From contig NZ_QLIR01000006.1 of the NCBI RefSeq assembly GCF_003428155.1, positions 1 through 32,000 on the forward strand: a stretch of 32,000 bases of DNA, read 5' to 3'. The DNA comes from Fastidiosibacter lacustris (GTDB lineage: Bacteria; Pseudomonadota; Gammaproteobacteria; Francisellales; Francisellaceae). Below, piece after piece: positions 29,440-32,000 of the stretch. Numbering within the stretch: position 1 is the stretch's first letter; each line of letters starts with the position of its first letter. Below the pieces are notes generated by a model that saw nothing but the letters and a program-made list of their open reading frames with translations, made no database searches and was not told the DNA's origin. A program made the translations under genes and the position numbers.

Positions 29440-30006
29440 TCAGATTTTGTATCCATTTTTTGCCTCAAGATTGTTACCTGAGAGTGTGACAATCAGCTGC
29501 TCTCCCATCAGCCATTCTCCATATCCTGCTGCAGTATTAATGTGCCCTGCATTTTCAATCATCACAGAATCAGAACCCCATGCCTTTGAAAAAACCAAGG
29601 CTCTATCTACAGACAGATATTCATCATTATTGCTATAAACAACAGTCGAATTGAATGATAACTTCTTCAAGGGAATTGGTCCTTGAATTTTAATTTCATT
29701 TGGAGCATGACTTGATTCAACGTCAGCTGGAGCAACCAGTAGTGCCCCAGTCACCCGTGAATTGGTATACTTCGCTGCCCATTGAGCAATAGTGATCGCG
29801 CCACAACTATGACCAACAAGAAACATCTCACTGGAGACTGATTCAATCGTTTTTTGTAGACCATCAATCCATTTATCGCGCACTGGACTTTCCCAGTTTT
29901 CTTGCTCGATGCGGACTACGTTTTTGTATTTTTTCTCTATGATCGATTGCCAATGCTCAGGTCCTGAATTCGTATATCCTGGAACAATGATGATCGTTGT
30001 TGTCAT
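29440..30006 (-). CDS. RBBP9/YdeN-family serine hydrolase (alpha/beta hydrolase)
   Basis: IIIVPGYTNSGPEHWQSIIE; nucleophile elbow VGHSCGAIT; GHINTAAGYGEW with the catalytic His. Confidence 0.9.
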   Translation of the reverse strand: MTTTIIIVPGYTNSGPEHWQSIIEKKYKNVVRIEQENWESPVRDKWIDGLQKTIESVSSEMFLVGHSCGAITIAQWAAKYTNSRVTGALLVAPADVESSHAPNEIKIQGPIPLKKLSFNSTVVYSNNDEYLSVDRALVFSKAWGSDSVMIENAGHINTAAGYGEWLMGEQLIVTLSGNNLEAKNGYKI

Positions 30007-30818
30007 AATGCGTTACTCCTCATTGTTTCTAATTGGTTTATTGTTAAATTTATACCAAATTTGTTTTTAATTAAGCAAAAGATATCTTCTTCACTATCTA
30101 TATCTTGTGTACTAATAAGGGTGTCTTTTACTTCAGTATATGTTTTATTACGAATGCTTATTCTGCCATTTTTTGTTGGTAAGCTTGCTACTCGATTTGT
30201 TTTCAATAGACTCTTATTTGATGTCATTGTGTAATGGTATGCCATTTCAATATCTTCTGATGTTGCTAAGTGATCATAAAAACTGTAGATCACCTCCCAA
30301 TCAGCGTCAGGTTTGATGTTTTCTTTTATAGATACAATCCATCCATAAATATTATTTTTTTGGATTTTAGTTGAATGAAATGAATACTCCGCGACTGTAC
30401 CATGTTTTAGTAAGATCGGCATTCTTGGACCCTTGGCACCGAAGCCAATATCAAATAACCAGTTTTGACCTTCCAGTTCAACAATGAAAATTTGATGCGT
30501 AGCAGGAGTTAAAACTGGCGTATGGACTCTTGCCAGATATTTCCTGTATTTAAAACCAATTTCATCAAATGCATTTGCCATAAGCATACAAGTTTCAAAG
30601 CAAAGTCCGCCTTTCTTTTGCCTTATTATTCTGTCACTAATGAAGTCGTGATTTAAGCCAAATTTTTGATTAAATTGCATTTCAAAATTTTCGAATGGCA
30701 CATTATAAATGTGTGCTTTATGCAGCATAAATAGCCCTTCTTTATTGGCTTCAATTGGCTGATTAATATTTATTCTTTCTAAATACTGCTTTATGTTAAA
30801 AATCACAACCATCTCCAA
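30003..30818 (-). CDS. Arylamine N-acetyltransferase-like protein (TTG start at 30818 or ATG at 30812)
   Basis: KKGGLCFETCMLM (catalytic Cys context), THQIFIVELEGQNWLFDIGFG (His and Asp of the NAT triad context); stop overlaps the downstream ATG (ATGA at 30003-30006). Confidence 0.85.
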   Translation of the reverse strand: MEMVVIFNIKQYLERININQPIEANKEGLFMLHKAHIYNVPFENFEMQFNQKFGLNHDFISDRIIRQKKGGLCFETCMLMANAFDEIGFKYRKYLARVHTPVLTPATHQIFIVELEGQNWLFDIGFGAKGPRMPILLKHGTVAEYSFHSTKIQKNNIYGWIVSIKENIKPDADWEVIYSFYDHLATSEDIEMAYHYTMTSNKSLLKTNRVASLPTKNGRISIRNKTYTEVKDTLISTQDIDSEEDIFCLIKNKFGINLTINQLETMRSNAL

Positions 30819-31904
30819 CTAATGTATTATTTCCAGATCATTCTTATGAAAATAGGACGCGATATCGCAGCCCAATCCCTCAGCAAGCTTGACAGGTCCA
30901 CTATAGTCAATAGTGTCAATCTGCTTTGTTTCTAGTTCGCTAATTTCACTAAGCATTTCCCTGTGGTTTGGAAAATTAATTTCATTCAGGACGAATCCCC
31001 ACAATCGCAACTCTTTGGAGGCAAACCATCTGATCGCACAAGGTAGCATGCTTAAGTAATATTCTTGTTGCTCTTTACTCAAGTTTGGGAATATTTTTTT
31101 CATGATTCCCGTGAATAAATTCGCGTGAGCAAGCTCATCTTTGCGGTGTGCGTCTATGGTCATTCTGCAGAAACTATTTATGCTCATATCTTTTGATAAG
31201 ACATCAAGGTACGAACTTATTAATGTTTCTGAAACACTTGCAGTTGCCAATCTGAGAAGCATGTTTTTTTGTTGATCATTTTGTTCGTTTATAACTTTTT
31301 TCTGTGAAAAAATTAAATCGTATTCTGGCAGAACAATTTTTCCCAAATTTCTTTCAACAGAGACTATGTTGCAGGCATTAACCGCCATGAGTGTGTGATA
31401 AGTCTCATCAACATAGGTTTCAGAAGCAATCTTCTTTGACAGGTAGTCTGTTGCCCCAGGGATTTTTTCTAGTATTATTGCTTCTAATACCGGATTGATG
31501 ATTTCTACTTCTATATGTATTGTTTTTTGATTATAAATAATCCATGCCCATGATAGGACATGTGACTTAAATTCCTTAGATGCGCTCTGCCAATGTGGGT
31601 GGTGATAGAAAGGTAGCAGTGTTTCATTGTAATCCTCTTTTCCATTATCGAAACATGCTTGGTAAGCATCATTGCTCTTGTCATTTTTAACTACAGCTCG
31701 TTTTTCCCAATGCTTTGAAAGCATATATAACGTCTTTTCAATGATATTTGCTGTTGGTGAATTACGATTATTCTGAGAACTCCCCATTTCTTCTATATCC
31801 CTTTTGTTTTCTGGGTTTAAGAGGAGTGCTTCATCACCCTCTATCCCAGTATTTGCCATGCTTGTGAGTATTCTTGGAGAGTTTTCAGAACTATTGTTCG
31901 ACAT
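30819..31904 (-). CDS. AurF-like diiron N-oxygenase (p-aminobenzoate N-oxygenase family-like)
   Basis: Ferritin-like diiron motifs: VEIINPVLEAIILE, YVDETYHTLMAVNAC, IDAHRKDELAHANLFTGIMKKIFPNLS; strong RBS GAGGT before ATG. Confidence 0.8.
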   Translation of the reverse strand: MSNNSSENSPRILTSMANTGIEGDEALLLNPENKRDIEEMGSSQNNRNSPTANIIEKTLYMLSKHWEKRAVVKNDKSNDAYQACFDNGKEDYNETLLPFYHHPHWQSASKEFKSHVLSWAWIIYNQKTIHIEVEIINPVLEAIILEKIPGATDYLSKKIASETYVDETYHTLMAVNACNIVSVERNLGKIVLPEYDLIFSQKKVINEQNDQQKNMLLRLATASVSETLISSYLDVLSKDMSINSFCRMTIDAHRKDELAHANLFTGIMKKIFPNLSKEQQEYYLSMLPCAIRWFASKELRLWGFVLNEINFPNHREMLSEISELETKQIDTIDYSGPVKLAEGLGCDIASYFHKNDLEIIH

Positions 31905-32000
31905 ATGTTTACCTCATGGAATTGTTATTACAGCCTGCTATTTTTACTCTTCAATGAAGCATCTAAATCCCTTGTGCAATTATATATGGTTTTATAATAT

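Noticed and set aside
1-32000. CRISPR arrays, IS elements/transposases, integrases, rRNA and tRNA genes
   Set aside because: No regularly spaced repeats, transposase motifs or recognisable tRNA/rRNA sequence found by reading; small tRNAs in intergenic gaps cannot be fully excluded without tRNAscan-SE.

Overview
AT-rich bacterial window. The gene families suggest a Francisella/Thiotrichales-like gammaproteobacterium, but this is inference only. Left part: two tandem secreted GH18 chitinases (- strand), an eukaryote-like flavin amine/polyamine oxidase, an AbgT-family transporter, a HAD-fold (DUF2608-like) phosphatase, prfB with an intact programmed +1 frameshift, lysS, an MFS/Tet-like exporter, a relic of an ogt-type DNA methyltransferase, a WbuC-like cupin, ChrA, TtcA and an O-methyltransferase. 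Middle: a decayed FAD/NAD(P)-binding gene is tightly coupled to an ATP-grasp ligase and an EntS-like MFS exporter (17.6-20.3 kb), followed by an orphan 330-aa ORF. Right part (21.6-31.9 kb, almost entirely - strand, several overlapping or abutting genes): a probable small-molecule biosynthesis/export locus. It encodes an AurF-like diiron N-oxygenase, an arylamine N-acetyltransferase-like protein, an RBBP9/YdeN-type serine hydrolase, two MFS transporters, an ATP-grasp ligase truncated at its C-terminus, a DAO-type FAD oxidoreductase, an FG-GAP/VCBS beta-propeller protein and two SDRs. No NRPS or PKS is visible, and the locus may continue past the right edge. This locus is the best candidate for an undescribed system. 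Its product and function are unproven.
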